Positions 1 to 9,653 are shown, numbered from the stretch's first letter. The stretch is 51,990 nt of DNA from an uncultured Anaerolineales bacterium (GCA_964510295.1 CAZEBQ010000003.1:1-51990); one strand, 5' to 3'. Translations and numbers: made by a program. Notes: generated by a model from the letters alone, not told the origin.

Positions 1-16
1 CGCTCGCGCAAAGATG

Positions 17-45
17 AGGCCGCCCGAAGGCGGCCTTTGAGTTTC
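17..45 (-). terminator. GC-rich hairpin, candidate intrinsic terminator
   Basis: Perfect 8-bp stem aggccgcc (17-24) / ggcggcct (29-36) with a cgaa loop. T-containing tracts flank it on both strands (tttgagtttc on plus, catcttt on minus), so orientation is ambiguous. It sits downstream of the minus-strand protease gene and the tRNA-like fragment. Confidence 0.5.
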
Positions 46-120
46 TGGCTCCCCGGACGAGACTCGAACCTGTGCCCTTGTGGTTAACAGATGGGGTCCT
101 GGGCCCGTTCTCTAGGGCAG
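46..120 (-). other. tRNA-Asn(GUU)-like 3-prime fragment, not foldable into a full cloverleaf
   Basis: The reverse complement ends GGTTCGAGTCTCGTCCGGGGAGCCA (T-loop TTCGAGT, 7-nt acceptor strand, discriminator G, encoded CCA), as in tRNA-Asn. A CTGTTAA string lies upstream. However, the T-stem has a C-A mismatch, no complementary 5-prime acceptor strand (TCCCCGG) exists, and the anticodon stem does not pair. Confidence 0.35.
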
Positions 121-3100
121 TCTTCGGGCTGACACGCCGAAGGGGGACGCTGGGGCTCGCCGCTGCTCCGGCCCGAAGATGACGCCAAGCGCGTCGATGT
201 CATCGCCGCAACGTCCATGGATGCCGATAACGGGGCGCCCTTCCTCATACAGGCCGGTCCGCTTCCGGACCTCGTTGCTTCCCCATCCATCTGAGTAGCT
301 GCCCTCAAGGTCGAGGCCGTCGGGCCGAAGCCGGTGGAAGCGGAGTGTGACAGCGTTCACGCGCTGCCCGGCGCTGTAGACGTCCATGCCGGCCACGACG
401 TATCCGGGCCGTGCCACCAGTGCCTTCCGATACCCGCCGCCCTTGCCGAATACCGGCCCTTCCACGTAGCCGCGGCGCGTGAAGAAGATGGGCCGCAGGG
501 ACTTGATCACCACTTTGCCGCCGGATTGGCCGGTGGTGAGTTCCACCCCTGCAAGGAGGCCGCCCTCCTTAGGAATGTGCTCGAACGGCCGAGCCCCCTT
601 TCCGCCAATCGCATCACTCCTCAACGGCTTGTCTTCCTTGAGGAAACGTTCCAGCTCTTCCCATATCGGGAAGTCCGGACTTAACGGGAGCGTGCCGTAG
701 CATGTGACGAGGCGGGGTTGGCCCCAGAGGCGTGCGGCTTTCTGGGACGCCCCAAAGCCTTCCGCTATCAACTCCAGCGCCTCGACGTGCCCGACGGGCA
801 CGGTGAAATGCCGCGGTGCCTCTTCCCCGTCGCCGATTCTGGCCGACCAGAGTTCCTTGCCGTCACCGACAATGCGGTACGCGACATGGGCGTCCGGCCC
901 CAACTTCGTGGGGAACACGCGTCCGGTGACGAGGTCGAACGCCTTGTCCACGCGGTAAGTGACGGCAGCCTTGCCACCCGCGTCGGGCCGGACACGCAGG
1001 CATCGGACCGGGCTGTCTCCCCCTGAGTCGACATCTACCGGCTCGGGAGGTGCCGTTCGGCTCTCGATCGGATCCACTTCAGTCAAGTCTACCATCTGCT
1101 TCACGGCCCACAGTTCGCGGGATACTCTGGAATCCTCGTCAAGCGAGTGGACCACGATTCTGTGGAAGACTGCTTCGGCCCGATAGGTCCCAATGGCCGG
1201 CTGGTCCGCGTGGAGCCTCTTGTAGCGGAAGTGGTCGGGGAGTTTCAACCGTCCGGGCTTTCCGACCCAGTGGAGGATCTCTCTACCATCGAGCATGGCC
1301 TGAATCCGGACCAGCGGCCCGCCGCGGCGAACGAAGAGTTCCGCCGCGTATCTCCTGTTCTTCTCGAGCGAGAAGCCCCCCACGCGTGTCGGGTTGGGTC
1401 GGCCCTTCGAACGCTCGATGTCGTCCAGTCCGCAAGCGCCGCCCCACCCTCCCAACACGAGCGAACAACGGTGACCGGCCACAGGGAAAACGATGAACAC
1501 CTCCTCACCGTCCATCAGCGTGAACTCCACACGAAGGCGATAGTTGTCCTTCGGGAATACGGGCAGTTGGAGCGTGTTACCCCGCCCCTTCGTGGTCACG
1601 CGAAGCCCATCCGCCTGCGGAAGCCACGTCCCGACCCGCGCATGGAAATAGACGTTGACGTGAGGGATCACCTCAAGGGGTTTCTTGCGGCGTTTCACGG
1701 TGACAGCGGCGAGCCCCTCCACGTCCCTGTGGGGCTTGAGGCTGGCCCGATGGACCAGCCGCCGCCCCTTCGCGGCGGAGACCTCAATGGCCAATGGAAT
1801 CACGTCGCTCTCAAGCCGCTCGGGCACGTCCCAGGACACTATACCCTCGGACGAGACGTCCATGCCCCGCGGGCCGCTCAGCAGCCTGTACCGGACCTCC
1901 GGTTCGCTCGACCGCACGTCGAGTTTGTAGGCCCACTTGCGCCCTTCCAGCACGGTGGTCGGGGGGGACGATGCGACAAGCAAGTACGGTCGGTCGGTCT
2001 TCTCCAACGCCTCCATCCAGTCGTAACGGTATAGGACCAGCCTGTCATTGGATGGGGGAACCGTAGCGATGACCTTCTTGCCGGGGAGTGCCATGATCCG
2101 TTGATCCAGCGGCTGCTCGTCCCGCCACATGACCTCCCGGTCCACCATGTTCCACAGCGTGGGCCCCCAGCACACAAGCCGCCGGTCGTCGGCCCCCAGC
2201 AACCGCAGGCGGGGGCCGAAGCCCCTTGGGCCGTAGACCGCGCCGAACCCCGCGAGCAGCCGCGGGTGCCCGGTGGGCAACAGGCGGAACCAGCCCATCT
2301 CGTCCCGAGGGATGGGCAGTTCCTCCAACCTTCGGGAAAGCACCTCGTGCCGCGCGAAGAACTGTAACCCATCATGACTGGGCAGCAGCGGGCCGAACCC
2401 GCGTCGAACATGCCGCCCGACCATCTGGTCGCCGACCAATTGGATCCAGCACGAGCCGTAGAAGCGGTCACGGCTGCCCCATCCGGTAAACGTCTTGCCG
2501 TTGGCCGACGCCCGGCAGTGCTCCCATCCCTTCAGGTTCTTGGAGAAGAAGACTTTCATGGGCTTGAGTGTTGCGAGGTCGACGAGTTTCGGCTCATCCT
2601 TCTTGCCCGTGACCAGCACCGGACCGGCCGACGCCGATCCCATCGCAAGGCCCGTCAATGTCCCCACGTCCTCCAACTTGGCCTCGGCCTCGCGCGCCCG
2701 CGATGCCAGGTCCCATCTCTCAAGCGTCCTGTCCCGGGGGCTGGCGACGACGAGCTTCTCAACGCCCGCCGTGACCAGGGCTTCCTCGGAGGGGAGCGGC
2801 ACATAGCCATCCACGTGGCCCGAGGCGACGTCCAGGATGGCGAGTTTCCGTACGGAGCCCAGGTGGAGGAGGAGGTACTTGCCGCCGCCCCCGACGGCCG
2901 CCACCCCCTGAAGGTCGTACGGGAAGTCCAGGGTCTCGGACTCCGTCTTGATCTTCGTCTTGGCCGCCATGTAACGAGCCAAGGCCTCGATCATAGCGCG
3001 CCGGCGGGCCTCTTCGTCGGGCTCTGCGGGGGCCGGGGCGCCCTCGAACCGCATCGTTCCCTTCACGCGGTTCACCTCGTCGCCGCCACGCCGCGCGACG

Positions 3101-4329
3101 ATCGTGTAGTGAACCCGCCGCTCATCCGGATCAAGTTCTGACACCTCCACCAGAACAGCCTTGCTCAGATCGACGTCCCGGATCTCGCCCTCCTTCATGG
3201 TCGTCATCGTCCCCAACGCAGCCATGCTGCCGGGAACCTTGCGGCCGTCCCTCATCTCGGCGTGGGGCGTCGGCTGCGCATCGACCACTCGGACGTCGCG
3301 CAGCGCAACCTTCGTATCGCCGAACGTGATCCTCCGGTTCTCGCTCCAGCCGTCCGTGGCCCCATTCCTGCCGAGGGCCCGGAGCCCCACTCGCCCGGCT
3401 CCGAGGTCCTTCGGCACGGGGCGGGTCCGCGCCCGGAACGTGGTCGGCGACTCCCGCTCCAGTTTCACGACCCGCCGGTCGCCCAGACCGACGCTGAGAA
3501 CGAGCTCGACTGCCAAGTCCGCGGCCTTCGCCCGGGGGTGAGAGATCACCTCCAACATCAGCCCGGCAGGTTCGTACCTGTCGGCGTAAGCGATAGGCCC
3601 CCAGTCCAGAGCGAAGTGGGGCTGTTCGAGGAAGGCCTTGAGCCGGCTCACCGGCACGATGAAGTTCACACCGCTGCCGAACATGGCTGTGGCGACGACG
3701 ACGCCGACCACCCTCCCGTTGGCATCGAGCACAGGGCCGCCCGAGTTGCCCGGATTGATGCTGGCGTCGATCTGGATGAGCGCCAGTTTGCCCTCTTCCT
3801 TGCGCAGGGCCGCCACCCGCCCCTTGTTGATGCTGACCGCCGGGTACAACTTCTCCCCCACGGTCAGCCACTTACCGAAGGGGTAGCCGAACGCCGTAAC
3901 CTCGACCGTCTCTGTCAGGGCAGCGTCGTCGCCCAATTCCAGGGCAGCCAGGTTCTCGGCCTCCTTCGCCCGCAGCAGGGCGATGTCCACCTCCGGATCA
4001 ACGCCCACAACCGCGGCCTCGAAGGCCTTTTGGTCCGGCTGCCCCCCCTCCATGACCACCTTTACGGTCTCCCCGTGCTCCCGGTCAGCCACCACGTGCC
4101 AGTTGGTGACGAACAGCCCCGCCGGGTCGATACAGAAGGCGGAGCCGGAGCCACGTTCTCCCAGGTCCACCAGGGCCGTCGCCCGCTTGCCCTGCTCAAC
4201 AACGTCTGCGCGCACGCGGGCGCACGGCAAGAGGCCCCCTGGCAGGAGCATGAGAAGGACCCAACAAGAGAAGCCCAGCCAGCCGTCGCGGCGTCGGCCG
4301 CGCATGACAGAAGAACCCGCAGCGATCAT
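112..4329 (-). CDS. Secreted trypsin/HtrA-like (S1) serine protease with LamG-like, NPCBM-like and jacalin-like lectin domains
   Basis: ORF 112..4524. I moved the start to ATG 4329 (AGGGGG 7 nt upstream, then the signal-like MIAAGSSVMRGRRRDGWLGFSCWVLLMLLPGG). Triad motifs TNWHVV, DIALLRA and GNSGGPV are present. Also seen: a putative Ig-like repeat, a LamG-like module (SLVLGGWGGACGLDD), an NPCBM-like stretch (YRIVGDGKELWSA) and a C-terminal jacalin-like stretch (GIHGRCGDDIDALGVIF). Confidence 0.85.
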   Translation of the reverse strand: MIAAGSSVMRGRRRDGWLGFSCWVLLMLLPGGLLPCARVRADVVEQGKRATALVDLGERGSGSAFCIDPAGLFVTNWHVVADREHGETVKVVMEGGQPDQKAFEAAVVGVDPEVDIALLRAKEAENLAALELGDDAALTETVEVTAFGYPFGKWLTVGEKLYPAVSINKGRVAALRKEEGKLALIQIDASINPGNSGGPVLDANGRVVGVVVATAMFGSGVNFIVPVSRLKAFLEQPHFALDWGPIAYADRYEPAGLMLEVISHPRAKAADLAVELVLSVGLGDRRVVKLERESPTTFRARTRPVPKDLGAGRVGLRALGRNGATDGWSENRRITFGDTKVALRDVRVVDAQPTPHAEMRDGRKVPGSMAALGTMTTMKEGEIRDVDLSKAVLVEVSELDPDERRVHYTIVARRGGDEVNRVKGTMRFEGAPAPAEPDEEARRRAMIEALARYMAAKTKIKTESETLDFPYDLQGVAAVGGGGKYLLLHLGSVRKLAILDVASGHVDGYVPLPSEEALVTAGVEKLVVASPRDRTLERWDLASRAREAEAKLEDVGTLTGLAMGSASAGPVLVTGKKDEPKLVDLATLKPMKVFFSKNLKGWEHCRASANGKTFTGWGSRDRFYGSCWIQLVGDQMVGRHVRRGFGPLLPSHDGLQFFARHEVLSRRLEELPIPRDEMGWFRLLPTGHPRLLAGFGAVYGPRGFGPRLRLLGADDRRLVCWGPTLWNMVDREVMWRDEQPLDQRIMALPGKKVIATVPPSNDRLVLYRYDWMEALEKTDRPYLLVASSPPTTVLEGRKWAYKLDVRSSEPEVRYRLLSGPRGMDVSSEGIVSWDVPERLESDVIPLAIEVSAAKGRRLVHRASLKPHRDVEGLAAVTVKRRKKPLEVIPHVNVYFHARVGTWLPQADGLRVTTKGRGNTLQLPVFPKDNYRLRVEFTLMDGEEVFIVFPVAGHRCSLVLGGWGGACGLDDIERSKGRPNPTRVGGFSLEKNRRYAAELFVRRGGPLVRIQAMLDGREILHWVGKPGRLKLPDHFRYKRLHADQPAIGTYRAEAVFHRIVVHSLDEDSRVSRELWAVKQMVDLTEVDPIESRTAPPEPVDVDSGGDSPVRCLRVRPDAGGKAAVTYRVDKAFDLVTGRVFPTKLGPDAHVAYRIVGDGKELWSARIGDGEEAPRHFTVPVGHVEALELIAEGFGASQKAARLWGQPRLVTCYGTLPLSPDFPIWEELERFLKEDKPLRSDAIGGKGARPFEHIPKEGGLLAGVELTTGQSGGKVVIKSLRPIFFTRRGYVEGPVFGKGGGYRKALVARPGYVVAGMDVYSAGQRVNAVTLRFHRLRPDGLDLEGSYSDGWGSNEVRKRTGLYEEGRPVIGIHGRCGDDIDALGVIFGPEQRRAPASPFGVSARRLP

Positions 4330-4466
4330 TTCACGCCCCCTGAGGATTATGGAAAACCTCGTCTGTTCACCGGCGCCCGGCTCGCACAGCCCGCCGGCCC
4401 AGCCTGAGGCACCGGGCGCTCGCAAAGGAAACACCCGCGCCGGCCCGCCGCCGGCGAGACGGACGG

Positions 4467-6692
4467 TCATCGAATACGCCGCACCTCGCCTCCAGACAGT
4501 GCCTGTACGGTCATTCTCTCCCACAGCACCTTGGAGTTGGACGCCCCGAAGCCGATCCGGTGCTGCGCCGGGATACGCCAGCCCCTGTACATGGTCAGGT
4601 GCTGTGCCTCCCCGGACCAGTCAATGATCGCCTCGCCATCAAGCCAGGCGACGATCCGCACCTTCCCCGGCCACACGACCACGGTGGCGCGGACGTGATA
4701 GCGCCGGCCGTTCTCCAGGCGGCCGCTGTCGAGCGTCGTCTCGTTTTGGTGCCCTGGTTTCCCTCGAATCTGATCCAGGCCGTGGCAGATGTTCCCGTAA
4801 TAGCCGAGGCCGAGCAGGACCTGCCGGTCGCCCACAGGCAGTACAATGCCCACCGTGTCGTTGCCCTCAGTCCGGGTAAGCGTGGCCTCGAGGAGGAATC
4901 CCCCCTGAACCTCCACCGGAGCCATGACCTTGGCCCCCTGGCTGGGGCCGTTCAGACGGAGCCCGCCATCGGCCCGATCCCACCCGCCTTCGAGCACGTC
5001 GCGGTCCGGATCGACCGCAGCGAGGACGTCGAGGACCGACCCGACCGGCTTCGTGCCGACCTCGGCGCCGCCTGCGTTCTCCGACGCCTCCTTCACACGC
5101 AGCAGTCTCGCGTTGCCCGAGAGTATGCGCAGGCGCACGCTCCGGAAAACGACGTGCGAATTGTTGACGCCCAGGCCGAGACATCCGGCCTGAGGCAGTC
5201 GCCAGGAGTGGTGCACACTGAGCGCGGAGGCCAGGCCGTGCCAGTTCATGTATGGCTTGCCGTCGAGTATCACAGCGATGTCGGCCTGCCCGCCCTCAAG
5301 GAGTACCTTGATTCTCAGGCTGTATTCGCGCCCGTTCACGAGACGGGCGGGCCTAACCCGGGGCTCATCAACGCCGCCCAAATCCAGCACCGACAGCTCC
5401 CCGTGACGGTGGCTGAGCATCAAGATCGAACGCTCACGCCTCGCGGGAAGGAACACGGCGACTGTATCGTCCCCCGTCAGGCGCACGAATCTCACGTGGA
5501 GTTCGTAACCCCCCTCCGGCGCCACCGGAAGGACGATACGGCCCGCGAGGAGGGGGCTGGTAATCGCAAGCCCCGAGTCTTGGCGCTGCCACGTGCCGTG
5601 GACCGCATCCTTCGCCGCGTCCACGAGAGGCAGCAGGTTCACCCACCAGCCGGGCCCGATGACGCCCGGCCGTGCTGCCCCTTCGGCAGGTGCTGCGCCG
5701 TGCAACTCCGCAAGGGCGCCTTCGACCTTGCCGAGGGCCTCTTTCGCCAGCACACGGCCTTCGTCCTGCGCCGTGTGCAGCAGAAGAAACCGCTCCAGAT
5801 ACGCCCGGGCCCGGGCGTGGATGGCCGGCTTGGTGGACGCGGCGGACGCCTCCGCCAGGCCGTGGTACCACTGGCCGAGTTCCAGGCAGATGCGTTCTGA
5901 CGTTTCCGCCATCGGCTTGGCCGCCGCCGGGACGCACCTCTTCAGGGCCTTGTCCTGCACCTCGCCGGCGCCCAGTACCGCGGCCGCCTTGCCCGGATCA
6001 TTCCGCTCCACGACGTACAGCCGGACCAACTCCTCACGCGCCGAGACGTTGCCCGGCTCCTTCTCGAGCCGGGTCTGGAGGTCGGCGATGCGGCGGGCGG
6101 TTCTCGCCCGATGGTCGAGATCCTCGGCGTGCTGCCCGATGCTCGGCAGACGGGGACTCTCGATCGTCGATGCCACAGTCTTCGCCTGGCCCAGCAGGCG
6201 ACGCGCTTCCGCCAGATCGTCGGCCCATTCCCTGGCGTAGGCGGTCTCCAGCAATGCGTCCAGCAGGCCTTCGCCCGCAACCTTCCGCTCCTCGCCTTTG
6301 GCCGCGTCGAACTGCTTCTGCCGGATCTCAAGCAAGCGCCCTCGAGCGTCCGCCTCCCTTGCGGGAACATACGCAGCCAGAAGGTTCATGGCCCGGGCCA
6401 CGGTCGCGTAACCGGCGGGATGCGCACCTACGAGACGGGTAGCCTGGTCACAAAAGACCTCCACCAAAGCCGCGCGGTCAGGAACGGCCTGGGCGGCATC
6501 AAGGATTTGCCCCGCGAGGTCCACGTCATCGCTGGGATCGTCTGTTCCCTGAACGCGCTTCAGATCCGCACCGAAGAGAGATCCGAAAGCCTTCTGCGCC
6601 GCTTGGCTCTCGGCCGCCGCGGCCGCTGCACACGACACAGCCAGAAACAGCAGCAGAAGAACCGCCCGGCGGGCTTGCACTCTGTGGCCCAT
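4467..6692 (-). CDS. Secreted protein: helical N-terminal region plus two LamG/DUF1080-like beta-sandwich modules
   Basis: ATG 6692 with AAGGAC upstream. Signal or lipobox-like LLLLFLAVSCAA. Two modules of about 180 aa each open with W.(N/D)LL..VD..KDAV.G.W and end in F(R/E)..(R/T)(L/V)..LSG. It is a paralog of 6723..8633. Confidence 0.8.
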   Translation of the reverse strand: MGHRVQARRAVLLLLFLAVSCAAAAAAESQAAQKAFGSLFGADLKRVQGTDDPSDDVDLAGQILDAAQAVPDRAALVEVFCDQATRLVGAHPAGYATVARAMNLLAAYVPAREADARGRLLEIRQKQFDAAKGEERKVAGEGLLDALLETAYAREWADDLAEARRLLGQAKTVASTIESPRLPSIGQHAEDLDHRARTARRIADLQTRLEKEPGNVSAREELVRLYVVERNDPGKAAAVLGAGEVQDKALKRCVPAAAKPMAETSERICLELGQWYHGLAEASAASTKPAIHARARAYLERFLLLHTAQDEGRVLAKEALGKVEGALAELHGAAPAEGAARPGVIGPGWWVNLLPLVDAAKDAVHGTWQRQDSGLAITSPLLAGRIVLPVAPEGGYELHVRFVRLTGDDTVAVFLPARRERSILMLSHRHGELSVLDLGGVDEPRVRPARLVNGREYSLRIKVLLEGGQADIAVILDGKPYMNWHGLASALSVHHSWRLPQAGCLGLGVNNSHVVFRSVRLRILSGNARLLRVKEASENAGGAEVGTKPVGSVLDVLAAVDPDRDVLEGGWDRADGGLRLNGPSQGAKVMAPVEVQGGFLLEATLTRTEGNDTVGIVLPVGDRQVLLGLGYYGNICHGLDQIRGKPGHQNETTLDSGRLENGRRYHVRATVVVWPGKVRIVAWLDGEAIIDWSGEAQHLTMYRGWRIPAQHRIGFGASNSKVLWERMTVQALSGGEVRRIR

Positions 6693-6722
6693 GACGCGTG
6701 TCCTTAGGCGGTCAGGCGGACG

Positions 6723-8633
6723 CTAGTCGACCGGTTTGGTTGGCGCCGGTGCCGCCATCGAATCGTCCTCCGTGCGTAGGAGCCGGACATGCCCCGAAAG
6801 CATCCGCAGGCGAACGCTCCGGAACACCACCTTGCCGCCCCAGGCGCCCACGCCGAGCCGGTTGGGGTTCGGCAGTCGGAACTGGTCCCAGACCGTGCAT
6901 GACCCGGTCGGACCGTACCACGTGAAGTACGGCGCGCCGTCGAGGCGCACATCGACCTCGGCCTCCAAACCGCTCGTGCGGACCGTGACCTGAAGGTCAT
7001 ATGGCTTCCCGTTCTTGAGCGGCGCGGGCGAGACCATCGTCGCCCCGTCCTTGGCCCAGAACAGGCCGCTCCGCTTGTTGACCTCTTTGGCGATCAAAAC
7101 GGAGGTCGCGCGTGCACCCACGGGCACGATGACGCCGACCTCGTTGTCCCCCTGCACGCGAGTGAATTGGAGTTCGAGCCGGTAGTCCCCCGCCACGGCG
7201 CACGGAAATGCCAAGCGTGATCCCCCAGGGCCGGTCATGACCAGACCGTCGTCCTGGCGCGTCCACTGGCCCTTGACGGCATCCTTTGCGGGATCAACGT
7301 GGGCGAGCAAGTCAATCCACGGCCCAGGGCCGATCCTTTGTTCATCTGACGAAGCATCCGGCTCGGCCTTGGGCTCGGCGTGCGTCTCGGCTGCGACCTC
7401 GCCCCCTTGGCCCGGCCACAGGTGGCAGGCCCTGCCCGAGAGCATCTTCAGTCGACCCTCTGCGAACATCACTCCCGCCCCCCAAAGGCCCAGCCCGAAG
7501 CAACCCTGCTCCGCGACCGCGTAGTTGGCCGAGAGGGCCGACTGGGGCCCGTTCCAGTTGAGGTACGGCTTGCCATCGATGTGCACGTCGATCTTTGCCC
7601 GGTCGCCGTCGAGGGTCACCTGCACCGCAGTCCGGTAGAGACGCCCGTTCTCGAACTGGCCGGGCCGGATCGTCGTCTCGTTGTCTTTCGCCGGCTTCCC
7701 GTCGACCATCGCCAGGCCGGAGAACTTCCCTCCCCCCCAGCCGAGGACAAGGGTCGCATCGTTGAAGCCCACCGGCAAGGTAAACGTTACCTGACCCGGG
7801 CCCCACGTGCGCTTCCAGACGAACTCCGCCCGGTACGATCCCTTGGCCTGGACCGGCACGGTCAGGCGGGCGTTCGCCTTGCTCCACACTTCCAGCCCTT
7901 CGGGCTTGTGTGTGCATTTGCCCTCATGGCAGTGCGTCTTGGGATCGACGACCGGCAGGATGCTTACCCATCGGCCGGTCGGAAGGACCCTGCTGGAGGG
8001 AATCTCCGCAAGCGTCCCCGTGCCGGCGCGTGCAGGGGCGGCCGGTCCGGCCTTCTCAAGCGCTTCGGCTTCCGCCTCGATCTGGGCCGACCGTTCGCTC
8101 CCGGCCTTCCGGGCCACGGTGACGGCCTCGCGGCAGAGGGTCGATGCCTCTTTCAGGTCGCCCGCCCTCCGCTTCCTTTCGATGCGCGCCAAGAGCCCGT
8201 CCAGAAGCGCCTCGCCGACCAGCTTCCTTTCCGCGCCGCGGGCGGAGGTGAACTGTTTCCGGCAGATCTCCAACTGCCTGTCGCGAGCCCGCGCGGCCTC
8301 CTTCGGAGCGGCCTCGGCTAACAGGTCCATTGCGCCGATGGCTGTCCCATAGCCGGACGGATGCCCGGAGGCTAACCCGTACGCGCGTTCGCAGAACACC
8401 GCCACCAGCGCCGGGCGGTTAGGGACCTTCTGGGCGGTGTCGAGGATTCTTCCCGCAAGGTCTACGTTGTCGTCGGGGGTCTCCGTCTCGCGAACCTGCG
8501 TCACGTCATCGCCGAAAAGCGATTCGAAAACCACTTGGGGATCCTGGGCATCGGCCGCGATGGCAGGGTCCACGACTGCCGGACAAAGACCCAGCACACA
8601 GACAACCGCGAGACATGGCCGTGCACTACCCAT
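6723..8633 (-). CDS. Secreted protein, paralog of 4467..6692 (helical region plus two LamG-like modules)
   Basis: ORF 6723..9206 trimmed to ATG 8633 (MGSARPCLAVVCVLGLCPAVVDPAIAADA signal). The N-terminal region aligns residue-for-residue with the neighbouring gene (FESLFGDDVTQV.. vs FGSLFGADLKRV..). Module endings are FAEGRLKMLSG and FRSVRLRMLSG. Confidence 0.8.
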   Translation of the reverse strand: MGSARPCLAVVCVLGLCPAVVDPAIAADAQDPQVVFESLFGDDVTQVRETETPDDNVDLAGRILDTAQKVPNRPALVAVFCERAYGLASGHPSGYGTAIGAMDLLAEAAPKEAARARDRQLEICRKQFTSARGAERKLVGEALLDGLLARIERKRRAGDLKEASTLCREAVTVARKAGSERSAQIEAEAEALEKAGPAAPARAGTGTLAEIPSSRVLPTGRWVSILPVVDPKTHCHEGKCTHKPEGLEVWSKANARLTVPVQAKGSYRAEFVWKRTWGPGQVTFTLPVGFNDATLVLGWGGGKFSGLAMVDGKPAKDNETTIRPGQFENGRLYRTAVQVTLDGDRAKIDVHIDGKPYLNWNGPQSALSANYAVAEQGCFGLGLWGAGVMFAEGRLKMLSGRACHLWPGQGGEVAAETHAEPKAEPDASSDEQRIGPGPWIDLLAHVDPAKDAVKGQWTRQDDGLVMTGPGGSRLAFPCAVAGDYRLELQFTRVQGDNEVGVIVPVGARATSVLIAKEVNKRSGLFWAKDGATMVSPAPLKNGKPYDLQVTVRTSGLEAEVDVRLDGAPYFTWYGPTGSCTVWDQFRLPNPNRLGVGAWGGKVVFRSVRLRMLSGHVRLLRTEDDSMAAPAPTKPVD

Positions 8634-8945
8634 GGCACCCCCCGTTTGTGCCGACCAGCAGATGAGACCTGAACCGGCACGTGAGCCATTATGCGTGCGC
8701 GCCTCAAGGGTGTCAACACACCAGCGATCACCTGGGTGCACGCGTGCGAACGTCCCGAACAGCCCTGACTGACTCAGGCGAACGTCGGGAGGAGGCTTGC
8801 TCTGCAGGGCGTCAAGCCTCGCGCGGACGGGGGGAGGAGCGGAGGTGTGACCCCGCTTCGTACGGTTTGCACAACTTGACGATTGGTACACCAGCACCGT
8901 ACAACCCAGCGGGAGGGATCGGCACGCACAGACAGAGGGTGGACG

Positions 8946-9653
8946 GTGCGATATGCAACTGTAGTGCTTGGCCTGGTCGTCGGCCTGGCTTGTCCGCTCC
9001 GGGCAGCAGAGCGTCCGACACAGGTTGCCCGCATGTCCATGCCCGACCGGGTGTACATGATCCTTCGCCGCAGCATCGAGGCCTACCCATTCGATGGCCG
9101 ATTGAAAGCCGAGCATCGGGAGAAGAACCTGGCCGCCCTCGAGCGGCTGCGCGAGGGGCCCTGGCTCGATCTGGGAAAACTCCAACGCGTGCGGGTGTAC
9201 TACCACTCAAATCTATATAACAAGGACTGCACCGCGACCGTGTGGCGTGTGCCCCTGCCCGCCAGTCGCAGGCCGACTCACTTCAGAGCGAACGTAGCCT
9301 CCCGCAGATCAGCCGTGAACGTATCGGGCGGGAATCGGAGGCTCGCCGTGAAGGTTCCTTTGAGGTCGGGCGGCACGGTCCATTCCATCGGTTCATTCCA
9401 CAGGCACGTCCGCTTGAGTTCCGTGAGCACCTTGCCGGTGGAGTCGGAGATAGCGATCGTGACCGTCGGATACCAGTACGGTCCCCGGACACTTGTGAAG
9501 AGGAGCTCGGGCCGTCGTACGGCTGGGCCGAGACGTCCTTGCCGTCGTCCGACACCGCAACGTTCCACAGCCGTCCGTCCACCAGGGCCGGGTGCCCATA
9601 GAACGCCTCGGCCAGTTGGCTGCGCCCGCCCCTGGCGGGATCGATCTGGATGA
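8946..9653 (+). CDS. Possible small secreted protein, 3-prime end unreliable
   Basis: A GTG 8946 start gives VRYATVVLGLVVGLACPLRAAE (signal-like), then protein-like sequence up to ...YYHSNLYNKDCTATVWRV. Beyond about 9250 the frame runs antisense through the pseudogene with R/S/P-rich junk and no stop until 9653. Confidence 0.2.
   Translation: MRYATVVLGLVVGLACPLRAAERPTQVARMSMPDRVYMILRRSIEAYPFDGRLKAEHREKNLAALERLREGPWLDLGKLQRVRVYYHSNLYNKDCTATVWRVPLPASRRPTHFRANVASRRSAVNVSGGNRRLAVKVPLRSGGTVHSIGSFHRHVRLSSVSTLPVESEIAIVTVGYQYGPRTLVKRSSGRRTAGPRRPCRRPTPQRSTAVRPPGPGAHRTPRPVGCARPWRDRSG

Noticed and set aside
46-135. Intact tRNA (Asn-GTT) or tmRNA gene
   Set aside because: I could not pair an acceptor stem (no TCCCCGG 5-prime strand within 90 nt), the anticodon stem does not form, and the D-loop lacks GG. 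A tmRNA would need more than 300 nt and would collide with the jacalin-like coding region. I kept it only as a tRNA-like fragment.
8634-9206. N-terminal extensions of ORF-track models (6723-9206 first 191 aa; 14521-19119 first 92 aa; 18840-21869 first 76 aa; 112-4524 first 65 aa)
   Set aside because: The extensions are compositionally junk-like and overlap upstream genes or promoters. Internal ATGs are preceded by Shine-Dalgarno-like strings and are followed immediately by signal peptides that align between paralogs.
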